Shown one piece after another: positions 38,701-48,219 of a stretch of DNA of 64,000 bases. The position numbers were made by a program, and so were the translations under genes. Below the pieces are notes generated by a model. That model saw only the letters and a list, made by a program, of their open reading frames with translations, was not told where the DNA came from and did no database searches. Positions within the stretch are counted from its first letter, which is position 1, and the number at the start of each line of letters is the position of its first letter. The stretch is from Strigamia acuminata (lineage: Eukaryota). The DNA lies in contig OX442314.1 of NCBI GenBank assembly GCA_949358305.1, positions 4,898,001 to 4,962,000 on the forward strand. The letters run 5' to 3'.

Positions 38701-39889
38701 CCCAAGAAAAGGGGCTAAGCTCTCTCAAAATGGATTCGATAGACGGCATCTGTATGGGATCTATCTCTGTCACCGCGTTTAATGGGCGGTAATCAATGCA
38801 TAGGCGTGGGTCCGAGCCCGGGCGCATCACGAGCACAACTCGCGTCGCGTATTCTCCCTGGGCCTCGGAGACAATGCCACTGTCTAGCATTTCTTGGCAC
38901 ATTTTTTGTACTATTTCACGTTTTTGCGGGTTCATTCCCTTATACGCAACTCGTATAGGTTTATTATCCGTCAATTTAATTTCGTGAATAGCCCTATTCG
39001 TTCGGCCCGGTTTTTTCGACAGGATCCCCTCATATTTAAGTAGGACCCTTCGTAGGGCTGCCGCTTCGTTTAATTCTAAAGCGGCGTCGGCGACAAGCGT
39101 TTCCACTACATTGTCCCGTTGCAATTCTGTTACGAATGCTTTAAAATCGTAGTCTTGAACGAATTTCTTTAGGCCTTTCTCCCACTGTGTCTTGTCGGCC
39201 GCTTCTTTGATAAGAGCTGGTGGCACGACAATTGCGGGTCTTTCTCTATCATTTCTGATATAATTCCAAGATTTCGTTATTGGATTTGGTTGTATTTCCA
39301 TTGACGCCATGAGGTCTAAGCCCAACAGAAAAATTCTGTCGCACGTGGGCAGGACCAGGAAAGGGTGCTGTTCTACCCCTCCGAGCCACTCCATGGTCAA
39401 TAATATAACTCCTTTTGGACGCGCCATTCCGTTGGCGGTTTTTAGACGTACATTTTTATTAACGCCTTTTATCTTATCGGTGAGACCCAATGATGCTACT
39501 ATGTCTTCGGAAACGAACGAGCGATCTGCTCCCGAGTCTAGCAGTCCCATAATTTTTTCGCGTTCTATTGTCATGGGCAGCATACATAGGCGGCTGGTAT
39601 ATTCGACCGCCACGTTGCACATGAAAACACGAAATTCTTCTGTGTCTTCGACTACTTGAGGTAATTCTTCAAGCAGTAGGTTTGGTTCTTCCGCCTCAGC
39701 CTCAGCGTTTGCGGTAATTACCTGCAAAGCGTTGTTGGCCCTGTCTTGGATCTGGGCGTTAGCTATGTCACTACCCATTTCTTTGACTGGTGGCGGTTTA
39801 TCGAACCCTTTGTTAAACCCCTTCTTCTTCATGAATGGCGCAGACGGTCGAGAAGTTATTTCTTCGCCGCCTGCGCTGACTCGTTTTTT
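35762..39889 (-). CDS. pol: Pol polyprotein (PR-RT-RNase H-IN), probably made as Gag-Pol by -1 frameshift; first in-frame ATG at 39832
   Basis: Protease LLDSGA. RT PFGLVNAP and YLDD. RNase H LHTDAS, ELECLAV, TDH, ADALSR. Integrase HHCC (HGHPLASH...CQRC), D-D-E (SVDVMGP, ISDNGPQF, PVERLNR) and GPY/F motif. The -1 frame is open back through the slippery sites. Confidence 0.97.
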   Translation of the reverse strand, partial: KKRVSAGGEEITSRPSAPFMKKKGFNKGFDKPPPVKEMGSDIANAQIQDRANNALQVITANAEAEAEEPNLLLEELPQVVEDTEEFRVFMCNVAVEYTSRLCMLPMTIEREKIMGLLDSGADRSFVSEDIVASLGLTDKIKGVNKNVRLKTANGMARPKGVILLTMEWLGGVEQHPFLVLPTCDRIFLLGLDLMASMEIQPNPITKSWNYIRNDRERPAIVVPPALIKEAADKTQWEKGLKKFVQDYDFKAFVTELQRDNVVETLVADAALELNEAAALRRVLLKYEGILSKKPGRTNRAIHEIKLTDNKPIRVAYKGMNPQKREIVQKMCQEMLDSGIVSEAQGEYATRVVLVMRPGSDPRLCIDYRPLNAVTEIDPIQMPSIESILRELSPFSWVTTMDLSKGYWQVEMRPEDKLKTAFYSPIGRLMFNVMPFGLVNAPSTFQRLIESVLGDILHQFVWAYLDDIVIASKTFEEHIEHIDQVLTRLAKAGLHVHPGKSKFCRKELAFLGYRIGVNGLAIGPEKIDAINRFPPPEDVKGVQRFMGMINFFGRLLPGLAEVAAPVTDLLKNENEFVWSNECNIAFNAIKRMLTEVGVMPLPDLNRPFILHTDASRVGLGAALLQTHVRDGVEQDLPCMFISRKLQGAEKNYNATELECLAVVWAIRKFRDYLEYTKFVVHTDHQALQWLMKLKEPAGRLARWQLELMACDLTIQYKPGKYNVVADALSRAPVSDPIDADDDGEDDSRIIYCPTSCHRWDLRKINEIPTASPADVKFCGFWTRLYQPAADNYPNAKKEFKLERRINDPLLSAFHTHVGKQMRSNPPTREEIIVQQKLDKKCQDRARFVLTGKYPPNLTRRQKRRYAHESIDYLLDDGLLVKHHPNHQDDLSESDTAVKVVIPASLIGRVLWLLHGHPLASHAGVSRTLYRATQLFHWTGMKKDIALFVHQCQRCQACKPRSKSPFETIFLGPYAPFDCLSVDVMGPKPVTGNKNAYIIVIMDVATRWPELYAVARPSAEKIVECIYDVALRYGFPRKMISDNGPQFISKIWGKFCEKFGIVASHTSTYNPRTNPVERLNRDIKYALSIFTDIHNRWDEYLREIAFSIRTTVSRTRDFSPAYLNFARELRVPWDPRVAESVNVVDPEKPHEYVYKLEQTISNTYKHMMAHIFNMRDRILQDKSGGKFVNFEINDLVWKDTHILSNAARGITASLADKRDGPYVIIGKHGGNAYKLRKLEDNTEHKSIQVRELTPYIPEFPQEMWAKGQVKSKTDGQIVDMFAGESEKAPPSDNEEYFDAPSPPVNEIVESVPDPILVGGETGETPETNTKNTDKKENNNEEVQTQKTTKNIVPVSTHHLRPRGSNPFIKDGKVVGKE

Positions 39890-39901
39890 GACTCGTTTTT
39901 T
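39838..39901 (-). promoter_or_regulatory. -1 ribosomal frameshift signal (A_AAA_AAC twice, plus stem-loop)
   Basis: Heptamers at 39901-39895 and 39889-39883 in the gag frame. 6-nt spacer, then hairpin GCGCAGGCGG-CGAAGAA-ATAAC-TTCTCGA-CCGTCTGCGC (39876-39838). Pol is in the -1 frame. Confidence 0.85.
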
Positions 39902-42900
39902 GCCATGGCGAGTTTAATCTCTGCCATCTGCTTCATTATCGCGTCAAACTTAGCGTCTTCTTTCGCTGTTCTTGGGCACTCATTGGAATAGTGACCCGGT
40001 TGGTTACACTTAAAACAACGAATATTTGATTTGTCTCTTGGGGCTTCAATCGATTTCTTTTTTTCAGGGTCTACTTTCGACGGTGGCGTGTAATTTTTTC
40101 GAAAATACTTCGGAATTCGGCCGGCATTTGGTTTTAACCTGGCGCGAAATTCTTCTACCGCTCTATCTCGATGGATGAGATGTACTAGCGGTCCTTCCTC
40201 ATCGCAACCCGTTGATAAGGTATCGCGATAGCTTCGTATTTCTTCGTCCGTCGAATAATCGTCTTTTTCTTCTTTTTCGTCTGATTTTCCGACATTTTGT
40301 TCGGCTTCCTCCCCCTCCTTGACCTCCTCCAGTGTCGCTTGCATGGCTGACGCTGTCGGTGCCTTTTTAGGGGCGGCCAATGGGTTGGAAGGCAGCGTGG
40401 ATGTCAGTTTATTTTTTATTTGTAAACCAACGCTAGCTTCTGCCAGCTCCATTATACCGCTAAGATATTCAGTAGGGCGCATGATTTTGTCTGTCGCCCC
40501 ATATCTTTCCGCACTCAACTTGAGACGTTTAGCGGTTGCTGCTTTCTCCGCTTCTGGTAAAGCGGAATAATATCTCTTCTCGATATCTATCGTGTTCTCG
40601 AACAGGAAGGCGCTCATTTCTTCGTAGCTGCCTCCTGTCGGTGCCCTTTCTTCAAGTAGCACCCGTTGCGAGTATTCCGACAAACCGCCGAGAAAGAAAA
40701 GGTTGAATCCCGTGGCATGAAATTCCATCGGGGCCTTTTCGAACAACAATCTGGCGCGAATGTCGTAATCCATTATGGTTTCACCAGGCATCTGGCGAAG
40801 ACCTCGCATCTTTCGGCTCACCTCTTCGGGTGTCTCGCCGTAGCGCAGGTCGAATCTCATTAAAAAGTCGTCCCAATTGACGCCTTTCAATCCTTGGTAC
40901 CACTCACGTGCCGAGCCTGTCATTAGCTCGACAATACCGTGGGTGAGCATGTCTCCTACGGTGGCTTTAGTGGCAGTCTTAATCCGAATTACTTCGTCAA
41001 GGAAGCGATCTCCCGCTTTCCATGACCCGTCGAAACGGTTCTGAATATAAAATTGCCACCTAATATTCCCGGTAACACTCATGGTGTCACGTCGGGAGAC
41101 AGCGTATTTTTTCTTTACGCGGTCACCAGTGTTACGATTACGATCATTTCGTTTGCTCAGATCGATTCCTTCGGCTTTTAACGAGCCAAGCAGGGCTCTT
41201 CCAAGCTCTCCCATCGTATACTGCCGACCCGTCGAATCGGTAAACGCGCTTTGTCGGGGAAGGTCCTGAAACTCCTCCCGTCGGTGGTCGCTATTTTCCG
41301 ATCGACGTCGTTTCTCTCTATCGCGCGGAGAGTTGGATCTCTTCCGGCGATTACTTGACTTATCATTTCGTCTGTCGTCGTTGGACGAGGGGTCGGAGCT
41401 GGGGTCGGGAGACGGTGAGCGGCGTGGCGGGTTGCGCCGTGAAGAGTTTGACTCTTTCCGGCCCCTACGACGGTCGTCACGTTCCCTTTCCCTGCGTTCA
41501 TCGCGTTCTCTTTCCCTTCGTCTTTCTCCGGAACCTCTCTCCGAATCGTGATGACTGGGTGCATTCGACTCCAGTTCATCCGACGACGAATCACTGTTTC
41601 CGTAGTGATACTGTTGCTGTCCTCTTTCGCGTTGACGTTCCTCTCGTGACGATGTGCGGTCTTCGGAAGGTTTTCTCGAAGGTCCGTCGTCTTTGAGGAT
41701 GGGTACCGGCTGTTGCCAGTCGTTACCCCGCGGGTCGTCGCGTTGTCGGCTCGTGTGAGTCTGTTCTTCGTTACGACGCGCGTTGTTCGCATTTATTAAT
41801 CGGTTGATAGCGTTGTTAGTGTTATCGTCTAACGCCATCATGCGAGGTCGAACGCGTTGTTCGGTCGAGACTTCCCGTTTGCGTGGAGTGACTGGCACTT
41901 CCTTTTTTCGCTCGGGTTTGGGGCTGACCTTCGGCGTGCGCTTCGGGTCGCCTTCTACGCTCTCGTCGGACAATTCGGACGAGCTAACTTCTGGCTTGCG
42001 AACGGATTTTGGTTTGTCTCGTTGCAGCCTAGTCATGAAAGCTTGTTCAGCTTCTTGTTGAGAACGGAATGCATAACGATGTGCATGTAAGGCTCGATCA
42101 ACTATTTCGACTTCTTCTGGAGTAGTCGGAACGCGCTGGGATTTGCCGTACTCGAGAGCTCGCGCTTCTCTTTCCGCCAGCTTCCGCTTTCTCTCGCGGA
42201 TGGCTTGTCGGGCCTCATTCTCGGCATCCGCTTCGAATTGAGCGGAGTCTACCATTTGTTGAGCGTATGCGTCTTCAACAACGGTGATTTCTGGGGATAA
42301 CCTGTGCGCTCTTAAAGCTGCACGTACGATTTGTAATGTTTCGTACACAGTTATTTTTCCCGTTGGCAGAGTGTATCGTACACCTTCTGCCTGTGCCAAC
42401 TGCATCGTGTCAACCAATGTGGCCGAGACGCTGTAAGGCTGGCTCGGAACACGCTCAGTTTTTGACGCATTGGACTTGTGTCCTTCGGACCTGACCGAAG
42501 CTGGGCGGCTTTGCGTAATTGGCGTGTTTAGTGCCGAATTAGCTGTCGTGTTTGAGGCCGTCTTTTGTATCGGAGACGCCGCTTTCGGACTGCCCACCTC
42601 GGTGTCGTGCGTTAGACGAGGCGATGGGTTACGGGATAAAACCTCGTTTCCGCTCGTCTCGCCGTCACGGTTAGAACGCGGCAGTTTGGAGTGAGATTGC
42701 TCTTCACCCCGCTCTGTCTCGTCCAATCGCTGCCTCGTCTCGTAACGAGACGGGTGCGATGCCTCTGATGCGCTTCTGCGATCGGGTTTAGGCTTGCGCC
42801 GTTTTTGCCTCGCTTCGTGCGCTGAGGCTTTGGGTAAGGGACCTCCAGATCGCAAGTGATAGTCGGCGCCTTTACGACTGCCGGCTCTCTTGTTCGCGTC

Positions 42901-42936
42901 GGAGTCGGAATCCGTTACTCGGATATTGTCTGCCAT
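39856..42936 (-). CDS. gag: Gag polyprotein (1026 aa from ATG at 42936)
   Basis: ATG in AAAAATGG context just downstream of the PBS; the track's start at 42960 is TTG. Capsid-like region FDGS...ELMTGSAREWY...WDDFLMRFDLRYG...LRQMPGETIMDY. C-terminal CCHC knuckle CFKCNQPGHYSNEC. Long low-complexity N-terminus. Confidence 0.93.
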   Translation of the reverse strand: MADNIRVTDSDSDANKRAGSRKGADYHLRSGGPLPKASAHEARQKRRKPKPDRRSASEASHPSRYETRQRLDETERGEEQSHSKLPRSNRDGETSGNEVLSRNPSPRLTHDTEVGSPKAASPIQKTASNTTANSALNTPITQSRPASVRSEGHKSNASKTERVPSQPYSVSATLVDTMQLAQAEGVRYTLPTGKITVYETLQIVRAALRAHRLSPEITVVEDAYAQQMVDSAQFEADAENEARQAIRERKRKLAEREARALEYGKSQRVPTTPEEVEIVDRALHAHRYAFRSQQEAEQAFMTRLQRDKPKSVRKPEVSSSELSDESVEGDPKRTPKVSPKPERKKEVPVTPRKREVSTEQRVRPRMMALDDNTNNAINRLINANNARRNEEQTHTSRQRDDPRGNDWQQPVPILKDDGPSRKPSEDRTSSREERQRERGQQQYHYGNSDSSSDELESNAPSHHDSERGSGERRRERERDERRERERDDRRRGRKESNSSRRNPPRRSPSPDPSSDPSSNDDRRNDKSSNRRKRSNSPRDREKRRRSENSDHRREEFQDLPRQSAFTDSTGRQYTMGELGRALLGSLKAEGIDLSKRNDRNRNTGDRVKKKYAVSRRDTMSVTGNIRWQFYIQNRFDGSWKAGDRFLDEVIRIKTATKATVGDMLTHGIVELMTGSAREWYQGLKGVNWDDFLMRFDLRYGETPEEVSRKMRGLRQMPGETIMDYDIRARLLFEKAPMEFHATGFNLFFLGGLSEYSQRVLLEERAPTGGSYEEMSAFLFENTIDIEKRYYSALPEAEKAATAKRLKLSAERYGATDKIMRPTEYLSGIMELAEASVGLQIKNKLTSTLPSNPLAAPKKAPTASAMQATLEEVKEGEEAEQNVGKSDEKEEKDDYSTDEEIRSYRDTLSTGCDEEGPLVHLIHRDRAVEEFRARLKPNAGRIPKYFRKNYTPPSKVDPEKKKSIEAPRDKSNIRCFKCNQPGHYSNECPRTAKEDAKFDAIMKQMAEIKLAMAKNESKNESAQAAKK

Positions 42937-42984
42937 TTTTGGGTATGAAAATGATCTCAAGTTCTATTCGAGTCGTTTAAATCG

Positions 42985-43002
42985 ATCCCGGACAGGCCCC
43001 CA
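42985..43002 (-). promoter_or_regulatory. Primer-binding site, tRNA-Pro-like
   Basis: Minus strand TGGGGGCCTGTCCGGGAT, 2 nt after the 5' LTR. 16/18 identical to the MLV tRNA-Pro PBS TGGGGGCTCGTCCGGGAT. Confidence 0.85.
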
Positions 43003-43004
43003 CG

Positions 43005-44000
43005 TGTCGCGCTCAACTCGGTCTGTCGCTGATACGTGGTATGAGTCACTCTCTGATCTCGCAATACCGCTTTACTCAAGCGGTTACCCAAATAATGTAA
43101 CACGGCAAGACAATGTAAAAGGTAAATATAATAAATGTATTTATTATACGGGAATATACAGTTAAAAGGGAATAAAATATGTAAGGGAATAAAAAGGTAA
43201 AAGGAAAGGGGTGTGAAGTTGGCGGGAAACTGGTCGAGGTCGTCCTTTGTCGCTGTGGATCCAAGATGGCGTCCGCGTGGCAACGTGGTGTCGTCTTGGG
43301 CCGGCGTGGCAATGAATGGCGTCCTCGTCTCACGTTTCTCGTTCGGTCCTTCGGGCTCACGCTGGTCGGGCGCGAGTGAATGCCTGAAAGGTCTTACTTC
43401 TGGTCTGTTGTCTAGGTTTAGGGTTTTTTGTAGGTGTCCGGCGATCACACAGCGGCGGACGCTTGGTGGTTCCCGGCGATACACACAGCGGCGGGAACGC
43501 TCGTCGTGGTTACTGCAATTTAGGCTTGTGCGACCGTTTGTCTGCACAACTCGCTAAATTGGAGTAGGTTTACTATTTCTAGCTGGCTTGCTAAAATAGT
43601 GTGGTAATCTTGTTTCGCAGGTTACTCTGCGGAGGTTAACACAAATCAATCGTACTCACGTTGAAAGTCCCTTGTCCTAGGTCACTCCTGAAGTCTTTGT
43701 ACTTAGGCTTGATCGTTTTAGGACGTTTGGCTTTTACGTGTATCTTGGTTGATTTTTGTGTTGGTTCTCCCCGCTCAGTGCAAGGCGAATTCCTTTGCAC
43801 AAAGCGGGGGGTGACAGGTGACTAAAGCCACCCAATAGTGGAGAAGACGAATCTCCCCCACTCCCCCAGGGCAGACGCCCGTCCATTGACTGGATGTCAA
43901 TGCTCTGAGGGAAGGGAGGCGCGCGTGCGACTCCCCTTCTTTACCCGTATGTAGGCCACGAGAGAAACTCTTCGTGCCCCACCCCAGTCGGGTCACCACA
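43005..44000 (-). repeat. 5' LTR of the Gypsy element
   Basis: Minus strand reads TGTGGTGACC...AGCGCGACA and is followed by the PBS. Matches 30485-31480 block for block at offset 12,520. Confidence 0.97.
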
Positions 44001-45459
44001 AATTTGACTAGATTTGATTGAAATTCCATGAAATTTGACTAGATTTGATTGAAATTCCATGTAATTTGACTAGATTTGATTGAAATTCCATGAAATTTGA
44101 CTAGATTTGATTGAAATTCCATGTAATTTGACTAGATTTGATTGAAATTCCATGAAATTTGACTAGATTTGATTGAAATTCCATGAAATTCAATGAAATT
44201 TTATCAGATTTTATTGAAATTTCACGGGATTTTATTAGATTTTATTAAAATTCGACGAGATTTTATTAAATTTGATTGAAATTCCGCCAGATTTTATTCC
44301 ATTTGATTGAAATTCCACGAAATTTTATTTTATTTTATTGAAATTCTCTGAAATTTTATCCCACTTCCACATAAATGCCTAATAGCTTTGAAAACTCTTG
44401 ATTTCAATTTATCTTACATTTCAAATCCAGAAATACACAGAATGGAATGCGCAGTTTGAATTTAACATCAAGATCCCATACGGTGCGTTAAACCATAGTC
44501 ACACTGGCCCGATCCCCAAACCAAATTCAAATTGAAAAACCCGGACTTCCAATTTGAATCCGAGAAATCGGAACCATCATTCATCACCGCTGAATGCCCC
44601 AACAAGTGATGAAATAGAGATTTACTGTCCCAACTGATGGCAACAATCTCGCACCTTGGATTGTTGTAAATTCTATTATTCATACATTTTGTAATTACAA
44701 AAACTGCTTTAGTTTTCGTACCTTAGACCTGAAGATCAGTTTATTCATTGAAAATTTGCATGGAAAGAGACTTATGCAGCAGAGGCGTGCACAAGGCCAC
44801 CTGTAGCCTCTTTTTCAAATTCCCAGGTGGATTGCATCGAATTGCCTGAAGAGTGGTGTGTTGACCTGGGTTGGATAGTGGGGGGGTGGTGTCGAGAGAT
44901 AGAAAAAGTAGTGAACGGCTCAGTTCCAGTGAATAATTTGAGATTGCGATGTCATCTTGTCAAAGCTAAAGTAGCTATGGCGGAGTTTTATCAGCGAGTC
45001 TGTTGGCTTGCCTGCAGTGCAAGAAAGAAAGATTTCAGCAAGTTCCGTATAAAAAAATGTTGCAATAGTCAACCGACATTCGACACATTTGTTCGGATTT
45101 GAACAATTGCAGATTTAAACAAAATGGATGCCACTGAAAGCAACAAGGCTTGCTTGCTCTTGTTTGCTTGCTTGATTATGTGCTTAGCCTTGAAGCCTTG
45201 GAGTGCTTATAGATTAGAAAGTGCTTATGGTTTAGCTCCAAACTTCTTTTGCTCAGTCCATAGTGCCTAATGGACCTCAAGTACTTATTGGCCCCAAAGT
45301 GCTTGGGCCCTTAATACCAGTGCTTAGAAGCCTCAAAGTTCCTGTGCTAATAGGCCTAGAAAGATCCATGCTTAAGGGCCCCAAAGTTCTTGTGCTGGTG
45401 AGCCTGAGTTCCTGGGCTTGGGGGCTCAAAAGTTCCTGGTCTGATGGGTCCTAAATGCT

Positions 45460-45990
45460 TAAACTTATGGGTTTTAAGTGCTTAAGCTTATGGGCCCTAA
45501 GTGCTTAAGTTTATGGGCCCTAAGTGCATAAACCTATGGGCCCTAAAGTTTCTGATCTTACGGGCCCTAAGGTTCCTGATCTTACGGGCCCTAAGTGCTT
45601 AAACTTATGGGCCCCAAGTGCTTAAACTTATGGACCCAAAGTGCATAAACTTAGGGCCCTAAAGTTCCTAATCTTACGGGCCCTAAGTGTCTAAACTTAT
45701 GAGCCCCTAAGTGCTTAAACTCATGGGCCTTTAAGTGCTTATAATTATGGGTCCCCAAGTGCTTAAACTTATCGGCCCCAAGTGCTTAAACTTATGGGCC
45801 CCAAGTGTTTAAGCTTATGGGCCCCAAGTGCTTAAACTTATGGGCCCCAAGTGCTTAAACTTATGAACCCCAAGTGATTAAACTTATGGGCCCCAAGTGC
45901 TTAAACTTAAGGGCCCCAAAGCTTCTGGTCTTACGGGCTCCAAAGTTCCTGGTATAATGGGCTCTAATTTGTAAGTGCTTATGGGCCCTA
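45460..45990. repeat. 23-bp minisatellite (GGGCCCCAAGTGCTTAAACTTAT)
   Basis: Tandem units visible, degenerate back to ~45200. Confidence 0.9.
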
Positions 45991-47057
45991 AAATTCTTGT
46001 GCTTAGGAGAAATATTATTACACAAACAATAATACCTTGCTCTAATATTCATACATACAATGCAAACAAAATAAACAAATCTTGTGTCTTTGTTTTAATT
46101 GTTAATGAACATCTTTCTCTTTTCTTTTATTGTTTCACCACATGCTAAGCATTGTGCCTCCTGTTGCCTGCATCACAGAACAATTGTTTACTCATCTCAT
46201 CTTGAAAAATCTTTACCTTGAAAAAAAATCTTTTGCTTTCAAAAAATTATCTCGAATAAGGTGACGTAGTCTATCTTGGCTCGCTTATGACGTCACAAAT
46301 CAATTAGGTAATTCCTTGGCAAGAGTTGTCCTTTTTTACCGACCCCTAGAGGTAACTAGATCCACGACTTTAGTCACGTGGTCGTTCATTTCACCTGTGA
46401 GTAATTCGATTGCCTGCGTATACGAGACGCTGTCCCATTTTTTTTCTTTTTCTTATTCCTCGGGGTCCTCCGAGAGGATTAAGTGGCGCAGCCATGTGGC
46501 GGGAGTGAGGATTAGTCGGCGGCTTATCAACGCCAACAACTTGTCTCTTTTGGGCCTTAATTTGGACAATTCTTATAGCGGCCAAAACCTGCTCAGAATT
46601 AGGACAAAGTTTCTCAACTTTTTATTTTCGCTTTGTTTTCCAATAATTGAAATTTGAATATTTCATCGCTCCAGCAGCGCGAGATTCCAAGCAATTTGCA
46701 ATATGTAATTGATGGATTTCTCTGGCTTTTGTTGTTTCTTCGACGCCGGATTTACCAATTGTTTAAAGAAGCTGCACCATAAGGTTCTGAGACATTGGGG
46801 ACGACCAATGCTTTGTGGGGCCCTTTACACAGCCTTTGTGGGGTCTTATTTGAAGAAAAGAATTCAAAAGAATAATTTTATTTTTATATTTAATTTGACT
46901 GACGTCGGGTCCCTCGCAACCGCATAGGACTTTTCTTTTGCCGGAACTGCGAGAACCTATAAATCCGCTTTTGATAGTTGATAGAAACAATGTATTTGTT
47001 TGGTTACCATGTATCAGTTTTAGGATCATGTGACTATGGTGGTTCTAAAGTTGACCC

Positions 47058-47240
47058 TAGAACAGATCCTAAAACAGACCATAGAACAGATCCAAGAACA
47101 GACCATAGAACAGATCCTAGAACAGACCATAGAACAGATCCTAGAATAGATCCTAGAACAGATCATAGAACAGATCCTAGTACAGACCATAGAACAGATC
47201 CTAGAACAGACCATAGAACAGACCATAGAATAACCCTAGA
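47058..47240. repeat. 12-bp minisatellite (AGAACAGAYCMT)
   Basis: Tandem units; spurious DPRT/DHRT ORF. Confidence 0.9.
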
Positions 47241-47706
47241 TCAGCCCTGCACACAAGGTGGTCCTATGGATCTTTGGGGTTCTCCTTCAAGCCTTTTTGG
47301 GGGGCCCTATTTGAAAAAGATTTTAAAATAAATTTTTGGGGGGATTCTGCCCCTCTGCAGCATGGGGCCCTTCTCACGCAAGAACTGCGAGAAGTAAAAT
47401 ATTCACTCCTGTTGTAAGGGCCCCACTTCTGTTGTAGCTCAGGGGCCCGTGATACCTCAATCCGTAATCGTTGTTATTATTGTATCGATTGTTAGGTTTA
47501 AAAACACATGCACTGGCTGCTGTGCTAAATTTATCGCAACAATCAACACCAGATGGTGTTCCATTTCTTATTCTGTTGCGCACTCCGTAATTATTGGCCG
47601 ACGTCATTGTTGATATTTTTTCTTGATTCGTTTCAGATGCCGCCAGGCGGCTTAGCAGGTGAGAGGAGTGGCACCCGCATGGCGACGACATCATAGCCAC
47701 GCGACC

Positions 47707-47766
47707 ATGCGCTGCGCCTGGGGCAAAGTGATCCTTGTGCTCGTGGTGGTAGTCGGTGTCCTTCAG
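47707..47766 (+). CDS. B4GAT1: B4GAT1-like glycosyltransferase, coding exon 1 (signal-anchor)
   Basis: ACCATG then MRCAWGKVILVLVVVVGVLQ, ending CAG|GTAAGC in phase 0. The hydrophobic stretch continues into the next exon (VIHMLLL), giving a type II membrane anchor. The exon has an upstream acceptor tttcag at 47631-47636. Confidence 0.8.
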
Positions 47767-48219
47767 GTAAGCAAATATTTGTAATTGCTTTGTTGGTTGG
47801 GTGCACGGACGAGACATTGTTTCGTTTTGTTGGTTTTGTTTTATTGTTGCCGGTGTTTTCATTATTTAAGAGATAAAATTCGAATAAACAAAACGAGAGC
47901 TTTGTTGGGATGCGTGTTTCTTGTCTGTTATTAAAGAGGCATTAGCATGGAATTTTAATATTTTAAGGAAATGGAATAAGAGAGTGTGGTTTTGTACGGA
48001 TTTTTTTGAAAATTCCATTTGGTTCTCATTAAAATGCAATTTCGCACGCTGGATTTGAAAGTTTGTGTTTTACGCTTTGCCGAAATGCGGGCAGCAAACA
48101 ACCGAATGTTTTAGCTTTATTCATCCAGAAGTGCTTTGGCTAAATAATTGTTAACGCATATGCAGTAATTATCACAGATTGGGATTTAGTTTTTAAAAAA
48201 AAAAAACTTTTTGAGCCTA

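Larger units (their letters stand above)
30485..44000 (-). mobile_element. Full-length Ty3/Gypsy LTR retrotransposon (13,516 bp) with gag, pol and a third large ORF
   Basis: Two 996-bp direct LTRs with TG...CA ends. 4-bp TSD AATT at 30481-30484 and 44001-44004. PBS and PPT in the expected positions. Pol domain order PR-RT-RH-IN is diagnostic of Ty3/Gypsy. All three ORFs are uninterrupted. Confidence 0.97.

Noticed and set aside
31530..42694. Plus-strand ORFs overlapping ORF3, pol and gag, and minus-strand ORFs over the B4GAT1 exon
   Set aside because: Antisense shadows of real GC-rich coding sequence.
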